This document shows positions 38,198 to 51,025 of a stretch of DNA of 64,000 nucleotides, piece by piece. The notes under the pieces are model-generated. The model was given only the letters and a program-made list of their open reading frames with translations. It did no database searches and was not told the origin of the DNA. Source of the stretch: Callorhinchus milii. Lineage: Eukaryota. Position numbers and translations under genes: made by a program. The stretch covers positions 113,214,001 through 113,278,000 of the forward strand of contig NW_024704743.1 in assembly GCF_018977255.1 (NCBI RefSeq), given 5' to 3'. Numbering within the stretch: the stretch's first letter is position 1; each line of letters starts with the position of its first letter.

Positions 38198-38435
38198 TTA
38201 AAACAATCCCCATCTCCCAGTAGCATAGTTTGACTACACAATACACCGGGTAAGATCAAATAAGATACAGAAATGGAGATCAGATTGGAAAGGGACAGGC
38301 AAACAGATCATGTGGGTCAGGTGTTGGACAAAGAGGAATCAAAAGATTATCAGAAGACAGACTGGAGACAGATTGAGAGCAAGGCTGCATCTAATGCTAT
38401 TGCATGATTCTTCAGCATCTTATTGTGACTATTAC

Positions 38436-38803
38436 AATAATAATAATAACAATCCTTGCATTTGATATAGGTCCTTATCACGTCTTTGAGATGTCCCAGA
38501 GCGCTTCACAGAATATACTGTAAAGTGAATTGACTGTAAAGTTTGTGGGCGAAACACAGCAACCAATTGCGCACAGCAGTGCCCCACAAACAGTCAAGGA
38601 TTGAGTGACCAAATTATTATAATTTTTTTTCAAGGGATTATTTCCCCCAAGAAAGCAAAATGACCGGGTTCCTACTTATTGCGAGGTAAACAAAAGCATG
38701 TGGAGTAAGGAAACTTGCCTAAAGTTTCACCCTGACCAGGAGTCAGACTCAGGTCCTCTCGCTTGCACGGCGAGTGCTCTAACTACTAAGCTACAGGACT
38801 CCA
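38436..38803 (-). mobile_element. tRNA-SINE, long subfamily
   Basis: Head ends GCTACAGGACTCCAC on the plus strand; internal segment partly deleted; (ATT)n tail. Confidence 0.88.
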
Positions 38804-39629
38804 CAAAGGGATAGCTCTGGAACTCTACCCTGCATGAGGAGCGCTATATAAATGAAAGTTATTGTTGTTGTTACAATGCTAAGACTAAACAATGACATTT
38901 GGAGCTCTGTTAACAGATGAGCGTGTTGCAGTAAGATATTCATAGAAAAGCACTAAAGGCATATGTGAAAATATTTCTTAGATTTGCAGAATAATATCCT
39001 GCATTTAATTATAGGAGGTATATTTTCAGGATTATAAGCTACCTGGGCAGCTCAACAAGCATTATAAATCAATACTAAACTATATATTAAATCATTCGTC
39101 AAGTGAAATCATTGCAGTATCCAGTCCTGACTGATGAGTGAAAATCTTCATTGCTGATTGCAAAGGTTCTTTATTAAAAGAACCAGCCAATTCTATGTGC
39201 CACTGGCCATAGCCGAACCTATTGTGGATTTGGCACAAATTGTTGTCTCACTGTAAGACAACATAATGATGGCTGATTTGTGAAATGGAAAGATTTACAC
39301 TTATGCAGTAGAGTTTGTTCTTCGGAGATTGATGTAATACAACATATTGTGGTGGGAGAGGGAATTTTAAGGCATATTGATGTCAGGTAGTTGAGCATTG
39401 TTGAGTAACTTTTGCTTGTGCTGGATGTGTACTGCAGCCATGTTCAGTTCACAGCCTATTTTACTGAATGCAGTGTTCATCAAGTGGCTGGCAGTATGGC
39501 AATTAGGAGATGAGAAGCCAAAGCTGCACAACCAGCTACCTGGGCAGCTCAACAAGCCATTTAGCAACAGCAAGCTCACTGCAAGCTGGTGAATCGAAAA
39601 ACCAGAGTGATCAAAGAACAACCTTGTTA

Positions 39630-39960
39630 ATATAATAATAATATTCCTTGCATTTGATATTACACCTTTCACACCGGGAGGATGGTCCAAAGTCCTTCAC
39701 AGGATATACTGTAAAGTGTAGTGACTATTTTGTGGCGAAAGCAACAGCCAATATTTGCACAGCAATGTCCCACAAACAGCCATGAAATGAATGCCTAATT
39801 TTATTGGGGGTTGTTGGCCAAGACACCAGGATAAACTTCTCTTTTTGAATAGTGCCATTGGATCTTTAAGGTTCTCCTGAACAGACAGACCGGACATCGG
39901 TTTAACGTCTAATCTGAAGGACAACACCTCCGACATTGCAGCACTCCCCGAGCATTGCAT
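39630..39960 (-). mobile_element. Older SacSINE1-like SINE
   Basis: AGTGCCATTGGATCTTTAA, CGGTTTAACGTCTAATCTGAAGGAC and Deu-like body. Confidence 0.8.
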
Positions 39961-40751
39961 AGTAAATTTATTGTTAATGTACTTCCCCAAATGAAATGCA
40001 TTATTTCTTCAGTGTAAATAAACAACTGCAAATGGAGCCTGAGGAGGATAGAGAGCCATGTCATGCATTCAATCCAAGTTGTACCAGATCTGAAAGAATT
40101 TAATGCTAAAAATAAATTTGAAAGATGAAAAAGTACTTGATCCCCTGCATTGACAATGGGTACCTTGATCAGCAGAAAATTCACACTCCTTCAAGAAGGG
40201 TTTTGATGGTATCATGGAACTTATTATATAGAAGCAGAATGTGAATTTGTATGACCTCAGCAGAAATGGGGTGGGGTGGGGGGGATAGCAAATGAAAACA
40301 TGAGACTTTCATATTCAGACAACTATTAATTAAATTAACCATATATAATGAATAAGAGAAATATTTTAAGTGCACCGTGCTTTTCCTTACGTCACCAGAA
40401 AGGAACTAATCTACAGTGATTTACAGAGGCAGAGTTTGGAGAGACTGAAGCACTGACACTTTTTTTTCCTATTAAAAGTACAGCCTCAGGAAACCTCTGT
40501 AAAGCCAATTGATGTGGGGAAGAAGGTAAAAATAAGAGAAATTAGATGGCAATGCAACCTCCCACACAAGCCATCATAATCACTCTTGTACGTTGTACCA
40601 CAATGTATTCAAATCAGACTTACCAAAACGTTTCCTAGACTCTAATTTAAAGCTTAAAGACAGTGAAACTTATTACCTCCATTGTTATTTCCTACCTTGC
40701 ACAATCTACAGGCTTTTGAAAACCTGAGTATGGTGCCATTAACCAATGTGT

Positions 40752-41128
40752 GTCAGCCTGGCTCGGTGATAGCACACATGCCTCTGAATCAGGAGGTTGT
40801 GGGTTTAAGCCCCACATTGGGATTTGGAAACACACAGTCTAAGGTGATACTCCGATGCAGTGCTGGGTAGGTTGGAATTATCGGAGGTACCGTCCTTCAT
40901 ATGAGATCTGGCGCTATTCGAAAAGGGAAGATAATTTCTCCTGGTGTCCTGGCCATCAAAATCCCCCAAATAAAATTGGTCACTCACTCCATGGTTGTTT
41001 GTGGGACATTGCTTTTGCAAACTGGCTTCTGCGTTTTGCCATTGACTTTATAGTATGCAAAGGGCTGTGAGACGTCTTGATGATGTGATAAGGCGCTATA
41101 TCAAATGCAAGGATAATTATTATTATTA
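40752..41128 (+). mobile_element. Older SacSINE1-like SINE
   Basis: GTCAGCCTGGCTCGGTGATAGCAC...GAATCAGGAGGTTGTGGGTTTAAGCCCCAC, Deu-like body and tail. Confidence 0.8.
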
Positions 41129-42220
41129 CTTTATTTCAAGTACACAGTCACGTCACTGACCTTCTGTAACCTTGCTGTGGGCTACACTATGGGCTTAGTT
41201 CCATCATGTTCTCGAGCAACCACTTTACTAAATCTGCTGCAGCAAGTCTTCGGGGACTTTAAATTCAGAAAGTACATGCCGTAAAAACCTGCCTGAGAAG
41301 TCATTTATATTAATTCATTTCTTTTTGACAGGGGGGAGGGAGTAGGTTGTGTTCATTAATGTGATGGATGTTCTTACTGTGAAATGGAACATTGGCACAG
41401 TTAGATGCAGAGTAAAGATCCCTCTATCACGCTCGAACAAAGCAACTCCCAGCCAACATTAGCAGAAAATCTGTCGCACTCCAGCATATCCACACAAGGT
41501 TTCAAGTGCCCTCTCTGGGTAGAAATTGGTGATAAATTGAGTTAGTCTTGTGCTGTGCGGCATTCTCACTGGCAACTCAGTTGAGATTTGACATGACAGT
41601 CAACTGACAGAGGAAACAATTCATCCCATCAGTCTAAACTGGATTCAAACACATATACAATATAAAAGCCCAATGTCCTAATCCAGTCAGTTAGGAACAG
41701 ACAGTAAACAAACGGCAAATGTCAGACTTTATTTTTCGACTGCTTTATTTTGTACTGCATTATTGATCTCAGAAGAATGGGGTTGTGGGTGAGGCCTAAT
41801 GCATGTTTCCCACTGTGTTTGCATTGTGGTCATTAAAAAACTAACATTAAATCTGTGAATGTCCAGTTTAACTTAGAGCTTATACCAATTCTGGAATAAA
41901 ACAGTAGTTTTTAATAATGTTATTAAAGGGCCAGTTGTGCGATTTACTCTGTGGCTAAACCATTGGACTCCTTAATTTCAGGATCATGAGGAAGCATGCC
42001 CAGTTGATTCACCACCACTGCATTCATCCTTCAGCAAATATGTATTGCATAAAATCATGGAGAACGGCTGTCAAACATGCATTATAATTGCAGTAAGATG
42101 AGTGTAGAACTATGCTTGATAAAAAGATAAATAAATCACAAATTCTCCAGTTAAGAAGGTTTGCTTCAGCAACAAATAGTGAACCCAATTTCTGTTGAAT
42201 TTTATATAGCTTTTTAACTC

Positions 42221-42610
42221 GTCAGCCTAGTTCAGTTGGTAGCATTCTTGCTTCTGTCAGAAGTTTGTGTATTGAAGCCCCGCAATAGAACTTTCAGCTC
42301 ATAGTCTCGGCTGACACTCCGGGGAGCCCTTCATTGTTGACCTTTGAACGAAATGTTAAACCAAGGTCCTGTTTGCCTGTTCAGGTGGATGATAAAGATC
42401 CCCTGGCCAACAATAATCCAGTTTAAAAAATGGTCATTCATTTAAAGCGTTTTAAGACATCCTCCTGACGTGAAAGGCACTATATTGTACTGTATTGTTG
42501 TCTAAAAGTTGGCTATCATATTTGTCTACAAATATACAATCATTACACTCTACAGATAAATCTGCTTTGATGTGACAAGTTGCTATATGAATTGCAAAGA
42601 TTATTATTAT
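42221..42610 (+). mobile_element. Older SacSINE1-like SINE, rearranged
   Basis: GTCAGCCTAGTTCAGTTGGTAGC head, CAGGTGGATGATAAAGATCCC and two tail segments. Confidence 0.7.
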
Positions 42611-43343
42611 AGATTATCTTGGGGTTCCAAAATTTGATTTGACTAAGAGGTCAAAATAGAGGTTAAAATACCAGTATATTATAAATGACATAAATAATAG
42701 AATAGAATGCCACAATTCACATGAAAGGTTTTAGATTCAAACTCTTTAAACCGAGATTGTAAAATATACATGTATGACAATCTTTCCAATGGTCTTTTCA
42801 GCTATTGAAAGACCAAGCATAATTGGAAGACAATTTGTTGGACTTCCGGTATTGTGCTGCCTGAAAGCACATCCACTTTGCTTAATCTCAGTCACAGACA
42901 CAGCGTGGTTCATCAACCATCACCTGCAAAGAAAATCTCAGCCAACACCCCCCCGTCCGCTTCTTCTTGCAGCTCACAGGGCATTGTTGGTTTGTGCCCA
43001 TAGCACAAATTATGTTGAGTTATAAATGATAACTAGATGGCAGCCTCTCATTTGTTTCACTGCGTGGCTTCCTGTGAGGCAATAATTAGTGTCAAGGGGC
43101 ACATTTGTTATTCCAAACAAGATCACTAACTGTTTTAGTGTTATGATTGTGTAAGTATTGCCAGTAAGAGGGGGGGTGCGGGTGAGGAAAAAAACAAAGT
43201 TGAAGAAATTCAATTTCACCCCTAAATTTTCCTGGAAGTGAGGATCTTACCTTTAACTGTTTGTCTCTTTATAAGTTTTATGCCAGGTCAAATCTGAAGA
43301 TATTTTAAGTTGCAGCAATTGTGTTTTCTTCACTTTGTGAGGC

Positions 43344-43399
<56 letters not shown>

Positions 43400-43699
43400 C
43401 CTTGCATTTGATATAGCGCTTTTCACGTCGGGAGGACGTCCCAAAGCGCTTCACAGAACACTGTAAAGTGAATTGACTGTATATTTGTGGGCAAACGTGG
43501 CAGCCAATTGCGCACAGCAATGTCCCACAAACAATCGTAGATTGAAAATGACCAATTTATTATTGTTTTTGGTTTTGGAGGGATTATTATTAGGCGTGTG
43601 GCGTAAGGAAACCTGCCCAAGATTTGGCCCTGCCTGGAATTGAACTCAGGTCTCTTGCTTGCAAAGCGAGTGCTCTAAGCACTGAGCTACAGGACTCCA
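43344..43699 (-). mobile_element. Young SINE, short subfamily, with expanded (TAA)n tail of about 18 units
   Basis: Full head to tail match; microsatellite at 43344-43399. Confidence 0.93.
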
Positions 43700-43966
43700 T
43701 CTTATTGCCTAGCAGATTACAGCAGATTATAGGGCATTTTCGAAAAACATCAATTAATTTTAAAGTAGCCAAATCTAGCATAGATTGGACATTCACTTAG
43801 TTTTAATTATTCTCTGCTAAATAAAATAAAACTGTAATGAAAATAATATGTTATTTAAATTACTGTAAAATAAAACAAACGTCTTCTATTCTATTGTCTT
43901 TGTGATCTGTTCACAACTGTTGCTAGACACTACTTATATTATGGTCAATTCTTTTGGTTAGTCCTG

Positions 43967-44279
43967 GTGGAGTCCTGTAGCTCAGTGTTTAGAGCACTCG
44001 CCTCGCAAGCGAGAGACCTGGGTTCGATTCTGGGTGAAATGTTGGGCAAGTTTCCTTACTGCACATGCCTGATAATAATCCCTCAAGAAAAAAAACAATA
44101 ATAAATTGGTCACTTCATTCCATGACTGCTTGTGGGACACTGCTGTGCACAATTGGCTGCCACATTTTGCCCACAAATATACAGTCAATTCACATTACAG
44201 TCTATTCTGTGAAGTGCTTTGAGACATCTAGAAGACGTGAAAAGCGCTATATCAAATGCAAAGATTATTATTATTATTA
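43967..44279 (+). mobile_element. tRNA-SINE, short subfamily
   Basis: GTGGAGTCCTGTAGCTCAG head through (ATT)n tail. Confidence 0.9.
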
Positions 44280-44357
44280 GTCAAGTGTCTGTCACATGCA
44301 GAAGCCCATCATCATGTTTAAGAGTATCCAAACCGTGTTCTCCATGGATCTGATCTA

Positions 44358-45026
44358 AACGTGGAAATTCCAGAGATATTTATTGGAATGTAATGCTACC
44401 TCTCTCCCTGCTTACCTAATTCCGGAAAGTATTGACAAGAGCCAAGGCAATGTGCATTGGGGTACTGCTGGAGTCTAACCAGCTAAAACCAGCCCGGCTG
44501 AGCTGTCAGCTATAGTCCTCTGGAGTACTGTAGACCTGCTTGGCTCAGAAAATGGACTACTGAAACTACCACAGAAGGTTGGCTCGATTCTGTCATTCTG
44601 TAGCCAAACATACCATCAAGGAGCTATTTCAGGCCCAAGGAGACCCCATTTACCTCCTCCTCCAAGGAGGATTGTCACAAGTTGGTCATTTGACATTCGA
44701 CAAGCGCAGGTTTGAGCTCTCACTGGATGGATGGCAGGTACCAGGAATGCTCTATGAGCTTCCTGGTGGGCAACACAGCTCAGCACGAAATGCGTGAGAG
44801 CATTGCCACCATCTTCCTGTCCGCAGCTCGGACACATCCCTTCTCATTGAGCAATGGTTCCACCATTGTACATATGGCTGCAGTAGTTGTCACCAGCTCT
44901 TTTCTGAATTTTGATCAGTTTGCAAACTTCAGTCTGAGATGTAATGCCATCACAACAGCTGGCAGCAGATTTTGCACAAATGCATGCCTCACAAATACTG
45001 AATACTTAGTGCATAATACTGCATAA
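44358..45026 (-). mobile_element. 3' end of a non-LTR retrotransposon with a C-terminal CCHC zinc knuckle
   Basis: EGMCPSCGQEDGGNALTHFVLSCVAHQEAHRAFL (C-x2-C-x10-H-x4-C); downstream sequence recurs at 49148-49640 and 46620-46745. Confidence 0.6.
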
Positions 45027-45029
45027 TCC

Positions 45030-45195
45030 ATTCAAATTTTCAAGACTAAGGTGGATATATTTTTGGTAGGTAAGAGTATCAAGGGATATGTGGCAAAGGC
45101 GGGTATAGGAGTTGAGGTACAGATCAGCCATGATCTAATAGAATGGTGGAAAAGGCTTGAGGGGTGAAATGGCCTACTCCTATTTCTATATTCCT
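45030..45195 (+). mobile_element. CR1 (HER1-like) 3' fragment
   Basis: GAGGTACAGATCAGCCATGATCT...GAGGGGTGAAATGGCCTACTCCT is the reverse complement of 28725-28800. Confidence 0.85.
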
Positions 45196-46749
45196 GATGT
45201 ATCAGCTGAAAGATAGCTATAAGGTAACATACTGTAATGCCTGCAAGGATTGCAAGAGTAAAGTCCAGGTTGGGAAAAAATACTGTAGTAGTGAACTTCT
45301 GTGAACAGTTTTTACATTCAATCTTGCATGGCATAAACAAAATATTTAAAAAGAAGATCGTTTATAGAGTTTCAGTTTATATGATTTTACTTTTACTGTA
45401 ATTGATTCTACTGAATCATTATCAATCACTCGAGACTAAAGGTTAAGGGGTAGAAACAAATACCAGTTAACATGAGCTTGTGTATATTAGTCCATGCTCT
45501 ACACTACAAGATATAATTACAAAAACATTTAAAACTATGGTTACATTTCCTGTGGGTGTCTATGTTCCACTTTCAAACTGCAGATTGTAACTATGCATAT
45601 AAATAATCCTGGTAAATTAATTAATTATTGAAAATGTACTACTGTATCAAAACATATTTTTATTTTGAAATCTGCTCAAGTGTTCTAAAATTTCCAAACT
45701 CATCCTTCCTGCTGTGAAAATATACCAACAGTTAACCGGATTGAAACCAAACTGTCTGATGCAATTAATTTTGGAACATGTGTATCATCTTGGGACTTCC
45801 TCCTGACGTGAAAGGCGCTCTATAAATGTAATTTTGTTGTTGTTGTATCTGTCTGAAATCAGAGGCTGAAAATCAGAGCCTTTGACTTTACACTTCTATA
45901 GGAATTAAACATCAGTGTGTAATTTTAATGTGAATTTTGCAATGTTTCTTAACAGATTTGACATGTTAATTAATATTAGCCAACAATCATATTCTTCATC
46001 ATATTTAATGGGGTTAAAATAAAAAATATGACTTCTGGTGTGCTAATTATCATAGATGTTAATTATCTCACGAACAAAATTTTGAGTCAAAAGTAGGCTA
46101 GAGTTAGACTGCTGCAAGTGACAATCTCTGATTCTGGTAGGGCCCTAAATTGGCAAGAAAAACCCTGACTGTTCCCATTTTGGATTTAGCAATTGCAGAG
46201 TGAGGCTGTCATTGTTGCCAATTCTGGAACGCAATGTTTTCCTGCTGATTCATGAGGTGCCCCATTAATTTTGAAATTGGTTAAGAAACATTGCAAAATT
46301 CATGCTTTATGTGTGAGAACTTTGCCTGATACATTCCGAGTCCTGACAGAATTGTGGCACTTCTGTTTGCAGATAATATTGCGCTGCTGTTGGCCTTACC
46401 TGGGGATCTTGTGAGCGACACTCGCCATCCTGAACAATTGGCCACTCAGTGGGACATAATGGGTGGGTACCCTCAGTACATGCCCCTAACTGTGGTATTA
46501 TAGTTCTGCATGGCTTAAAAGGGAAACTTGAAGAGATTGACTGGAAGATATAAGAGGCACCAGTCCCAATTGTCGATTCTTATCACAGGAACATAGGAAC
46601 AGGAGTATGCCACTTGCTTGGGGTCTGCAGAGTGTATGTTGGGTTAACTGCTGGGGTCTATCCAGCTAAAAACGCATAGCTTGCCAGAGAGCGCTGTCTG
46701 GCAAGCTTTCCTGCTGCTTGTCCAGCTAGGACCACCCAACTTGTTCTTT

Positions 46750-46960
46750 ACGATTCCAGGGCAGGACGAAACCTTAGGCAAGTTTCCTTAATCTACACGG
46801 CTCTGTTTACCTAGCAGTAAGTAGGATCCGATTGTTAGTCAATTGGCGGATCGCTTTTCCAGGAGTAATAATCCCTTAAAAAATATAGTAGTGCTGTGGT
46901 CACTCAATCTATGACTGTTTGTGGTAATTGTGTGTAATTGGCTGCCCTGTTTCACAAAAC
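46750..46960 (+). mobile_element. tRNA-SINE, long subfamily, partial
   Basis: GGCAAGTTTCCTTA...CTCTGTTTACCTAGCAGTAAGTAGG. Confidence 0.8.
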
Positions 46961-47039
46961 ACACAATCACTACACGAAACTCCATCCCTGTTCCGTCATT
47001 TAATTAGATCATGGCTGATCTGTACAGATACAGATACAG

Positions 47040-47455
47040 TTCAAGATCCTAGTCCTCACCTTCAAAGCCCTCCATGGCCTTGCTCCCCACTACTTCTACA
47101 ACCTCCTAACCCCCTACCATTCTACCTGCTCCCTCTGCTCAGCGGGCTCCGGCCTGCTTCAAGTCCCCCGCCTCGTCCGCCCCACCATTGGTGGGTGGGC
47201 CTTCTGCTACTCTAACCCCAACCTCTTGAACTCCACCCCGTAGGCCCTCTGCCTCATCCCCTCCCTTGCCTCCTTCACGACCCATCTCAAGACCCTTCTC
47301 TTCGACTATGCTTTCGATCATCCTGCTTCCCCGCCTTCCCTCCACCCTCTCCAATCCCAATCCCAGCTCGAGTCCGAAACACTGACTGTCCAGTGCCATG
47401 GGGCGTCCTCCCGATGTGAAAGGCACTTTACAAATGTAATTTTGTTGTTGTTGTT
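47040..47455 (+). mobile_element. L2 LINE 3' fragment
   Basis: TTCAAGATCCTAGTCCTCACCTTCAAAGCCCTCCATGG (FKILVLTFKALHG); tail GGGCGTCCTCCCGATGTGAAAGGC followed by (GTT)n. Confidence 0.88.
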
Positions 47456-48148
47456 CAACTCGTTTTGTGTACAGCTGGTATACAAGACTTGCATTACCGT
47501 AAATGCTACTGACTTCAGACTTTTCAAGAAGTCATATACCTAAGAGTAGTTCATTCTAGGGTCACCCTAGGCCAAGTATAAATCAGGATTGGATGCACTA
47601 TCCAGCTATTCTCAGCGAGGGCTGTGATACAGTACAGGTGACCTGTAGGATTCTTGCTTTCTCCATGACATGTGATTTGTAAGCAACATCTGCCTTTTCT
47701 CCATGCTATTCAAACAAATCTCTACTAAACTATGTGGATGTCATCAGCTTGATGAGACGGCCTTTCTGAAGGAATATCATTATGACCAGAAGCTAGCTGT
47801 GACCTGTGCTTTAGTGCAGTCCTTGGAACATCTGGCTCAACTCGAGTAAGAAGATTAATTGAAAGATTTAGATTTCTCTTCATTTAAACAGCTTACGTGT
47901 TGCTGGATTCAGTATTACAAGCACTTCAGAAATATCTTCAATATACAAATATCCCGAATTACAAAGTCTAAAATAACTATTTCTGATTGTTATTTCCTAC
48001 ATAGAAACATTGTTTAGAATTTTTGAGTAACCCAACAGCTTGTCATTGACTGAACAATTCCTGTATTTAATCATGTCATCGATGAAGAATAGAAGGAACC
48101 ATGACTGACACTGTAGTTTTCTCGGATTTTAAAACTTCGATCTATATA

Positions 48149-48322
48149 CAGTAAACCTCATATAAATCGTATCAGTTGGGACCATACACTTAATATGACT
48201 TATGCAAAGTATGAGTTATGTCAAACTTGCATAGAGTATAAACTCTTGAACGGTACTTGGGCAGATGAACAACTTAGGCGATTATACGATTTATACAGAT
48301 AAGACTTATGCGAGTTTTACTG
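48149..48322. mobile_element. Pogo/Tigger-like MITE
   Basis: TA|CAGTAAACCTCATATAA ... CTTATGCGAGTTTTACTG|TA; TA on both sides; internal TATGACTTATGC-like repeats. Confidence 0.82.
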
Positions 48323-49147
48323 TACGTGAGTTGTATACGACACAAAAAAGGCTAAATATTGACTATTTGAGGCTTTCAAGATGTGTGGGTGTCAATTTAA
48401 TGTCACAACACCACCAGAACCAGATTGTTTTGGAAAACACAACTTGCTTTTTTTTAAATTGCACTCAGCAGGTGAAACACTTAGGAGACCGAAACATGAG
48501 CCAAAATGGATCGATCGCCGAGACAATTTATAGTGGGGTGATGTAATAGTCATTAGATTCTCCAGAAAAAAAGTTATCAGAAATGTCTCCACTAAAAATA
48601 TTTAGGCTGAATACTGAACTAGTAGAACAGTCATTTCAGGGTTGATACATGATTCAGTGTGATCAAAAATTCACTTTAATGTAGTTTTATAGTTGACATT
48701 GATTTGTTTTTTTATTTACCAACTTATTTCCGTTGGATGTTGTCTAGTTTCTGGTATCTCTGTGGCTGTCTAGATTTATACTGCAGTGTTTCACAAAATT
48801 TTTCATACAGAGGAAGCCTTTATCCTGTTGTGGCACTACCAAATAGCTTTAATGCAATAATACGTGGAACTAAGCTAGTTAATCGCGCTCAGGCATAGAT
48901 ACAAGTTTTATTCTTACCTCCCTGGTTCCTCCACTTTACTTCTCTAGCTGGGTATATACATCCAATTTCCTGGATGAGAAAGGAACAGTCAAGTGCTGCA
49001 AATGATAGTTTAATAACTGTTTGTCTGTGTCTGCACAACCATTATTCCTGTATTTTTTTAGTCAGTGGGTGTCTGACACATGCAGAAACCCACTACCATT
49101 CTTAAAAGTTTCCAAACCAAGCTGAGATTACCATGTATGCCACCTGC

Positions 49148-49640
49148 ACATGGAAATCCCAGAAATATATTGTTGGAATGGAATGCACACTTTCTCCCTG
49201 GAGGGACGCAGCCTGCTTACCTAATTCCAGAATATCAGGCATGGGTTGACAAAAGCCAAGGCTTGGAGTGTGCGTTGGTGTACTCTGGAGTCTAACCAGC
49301 TAAAACCCCATAGCTTGCCATTGATATTGCTGATATCGCCATTGATAAGGAAGCTTTCCTGCTGCTTGTCCAGCTAGGACCACCCTACCTGTTAGGGCTT
49401 TGGCTTGCAGAGTTAACTGGAGCTGAGTGGGATGACTCCCCACTCCCCCAGTGACTGGTCTGCCCTTCCAGGTCCTGCCGATGAGCCAGGCTGGCTGTGC
49501 AGTGCCCTAGAATACTGTGGACCTACTTGGCTCAAGAATCGGACTACTGAGACTGCCACAGAAGTCTGGCTCGATTCTGACACTTCATTGCCAGGCATGT
49601 CACCTTGGAGCCAGTTCAGTTCCAAGGAGACCCGCTATTC
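49148..49640 (-). mobile_element. Second copy of the 3' region of the CCHC-LINE at 44358-45026
   Basis: Shares CCTGCTTACCTAATTCC, CTGGAGTCTAACCAGCTAAAACC, TGGCTCGATTCTG and CCAAGGAGACCC with 44358-44650. Confidence 0.7.
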
Positions 49641-50334
49641 TTACTGTTCTGGAGGTAATATAATTTAATTCCATATCACCGTTTGCTTGTTCTGCTGCCT
49701 GTATATTTAAATAATGGACAGGGTTTGAAAAGGCGATTGTTGAATGGAAAACTTGTCTTTGGGAACAAAGGATATTTCTACTTTTAGCTGTGGAAATGAC
49801 CACTTTAAGTACTGGTAATATATTTGTAGCACTTTCTGCAGTATTCCCACATAATGATAGTGAAAGAACTAAACTACTGTATATTTCAACCGAGACTGAC
49901 TAAGGCATACAACCTGCAGCAACATATTTCTATATTGTGCTACTAGTGCCTTGGGACGTCCTCCTGACGTGAAAGGCGCTATACAAATGTAACCTTGTTG
50001 TTGTACCAAATAAAAAAATCTGCATTGTGAAAAACAAACCACTATTATTTGTGTTAGCATTTCTCTAAATAAAGATTGGTTTGGATGAAAAAGGCCCTTT
50101 TAATCTCATCGTTCCAGAACACACACCCAACCCCATCACAGCATCAAGCTACTTTTTAAATGAATGAGGTATCCTGATCCCAACTATCCTTCCTGTAACC
50201 TGTTCCAGGCGTGATTACCCCATGAGTAAAGAAAAACTGGTGTCTGTCCTAAAATTGCCCTTTACATCTCTAAAACTATGTTCTCTAGCTCTACTGTTTT
50301 GATGCATTCGAAAGTGCTGATTTGGGTCTCATTT

Positions 50335-51025
50335 ACAACAGCAAAATTATATTTATAGAGCGCCTTTCACATTGGGAGGATGTCCCAAGGCGCTGGACAG
50401 TCAGTATTTTGGACCCGAGCTGGGGGTCGGGATTGGGGAGGGTGGAGGGCGGAGGGGAAGGAGGATGGTCGAAAGCACGGTTGAAGAGTAGGGTCTTGAG
50501 GTGGGTCTTGAAGGAGGCAAAGGAGGGGGTGAGGTGGAGGGACTGCAGGATAAACTTCCAGAGGATGGGGGCAGAATGGCAGAAGGCCCACCCGCCAATA
50601 GTGGGACGGGTGAGGCAGGAGATGTGAAGCAAGCCGGAGCCCGCTGAGCGGAGGGAGCGAGCAGGATGGTAGTGGATTAGGAAGTCGGAGAGGTGGGGGG
50701 TAGCAAGGCCATGGAGGGCTTTGAAGTTGAGGACCAGGATCTTGAACTGTATCCTCTGTGTGAAAGGAAGCCAGTGGAGTCGGATGAGGATGGGGATGAT
50801 AGGGTCACGGAGCCTGGTGCAGGAGAGGACACAGGCTACAGAGTTCTGGATGATCTGCAGGATATGGAGGGAGGAGTTGGGTGGCTGACAAGCAAGGAGT
50901 TTGCATAGTCAAGCCTTGATGCAATGAAATCGTGAATGAGGGTTTCGGCGGCCTGCAGTGTGAGATAGTGGCAGAGCCGGGCGATGTTGCAGAGGTGGGG
51001 GAAGGCAGAGCGGGTCATGGCATGA
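50335..51025 (-). mobile_element. L2 LINE ORF2 C-terminus and 3' UTR
   Basis: AAETLIHDFIASRLDYANSLL and PTIGGWAFCHSAPILW..SFKTHLKTLLF; L2 tail. Confidence 0.9.

Noticed and set aside
43253..43520. Poly-Ile and poly-Tyr ORFs
   Set aside because: Translation of the (TAA)n SINE tail.
50901..50912. TTGCATAGTCA, similar to the start of miR-153
   Set aside because: The match is short, lies within L2 coding remnant and has no supporting hairpin.
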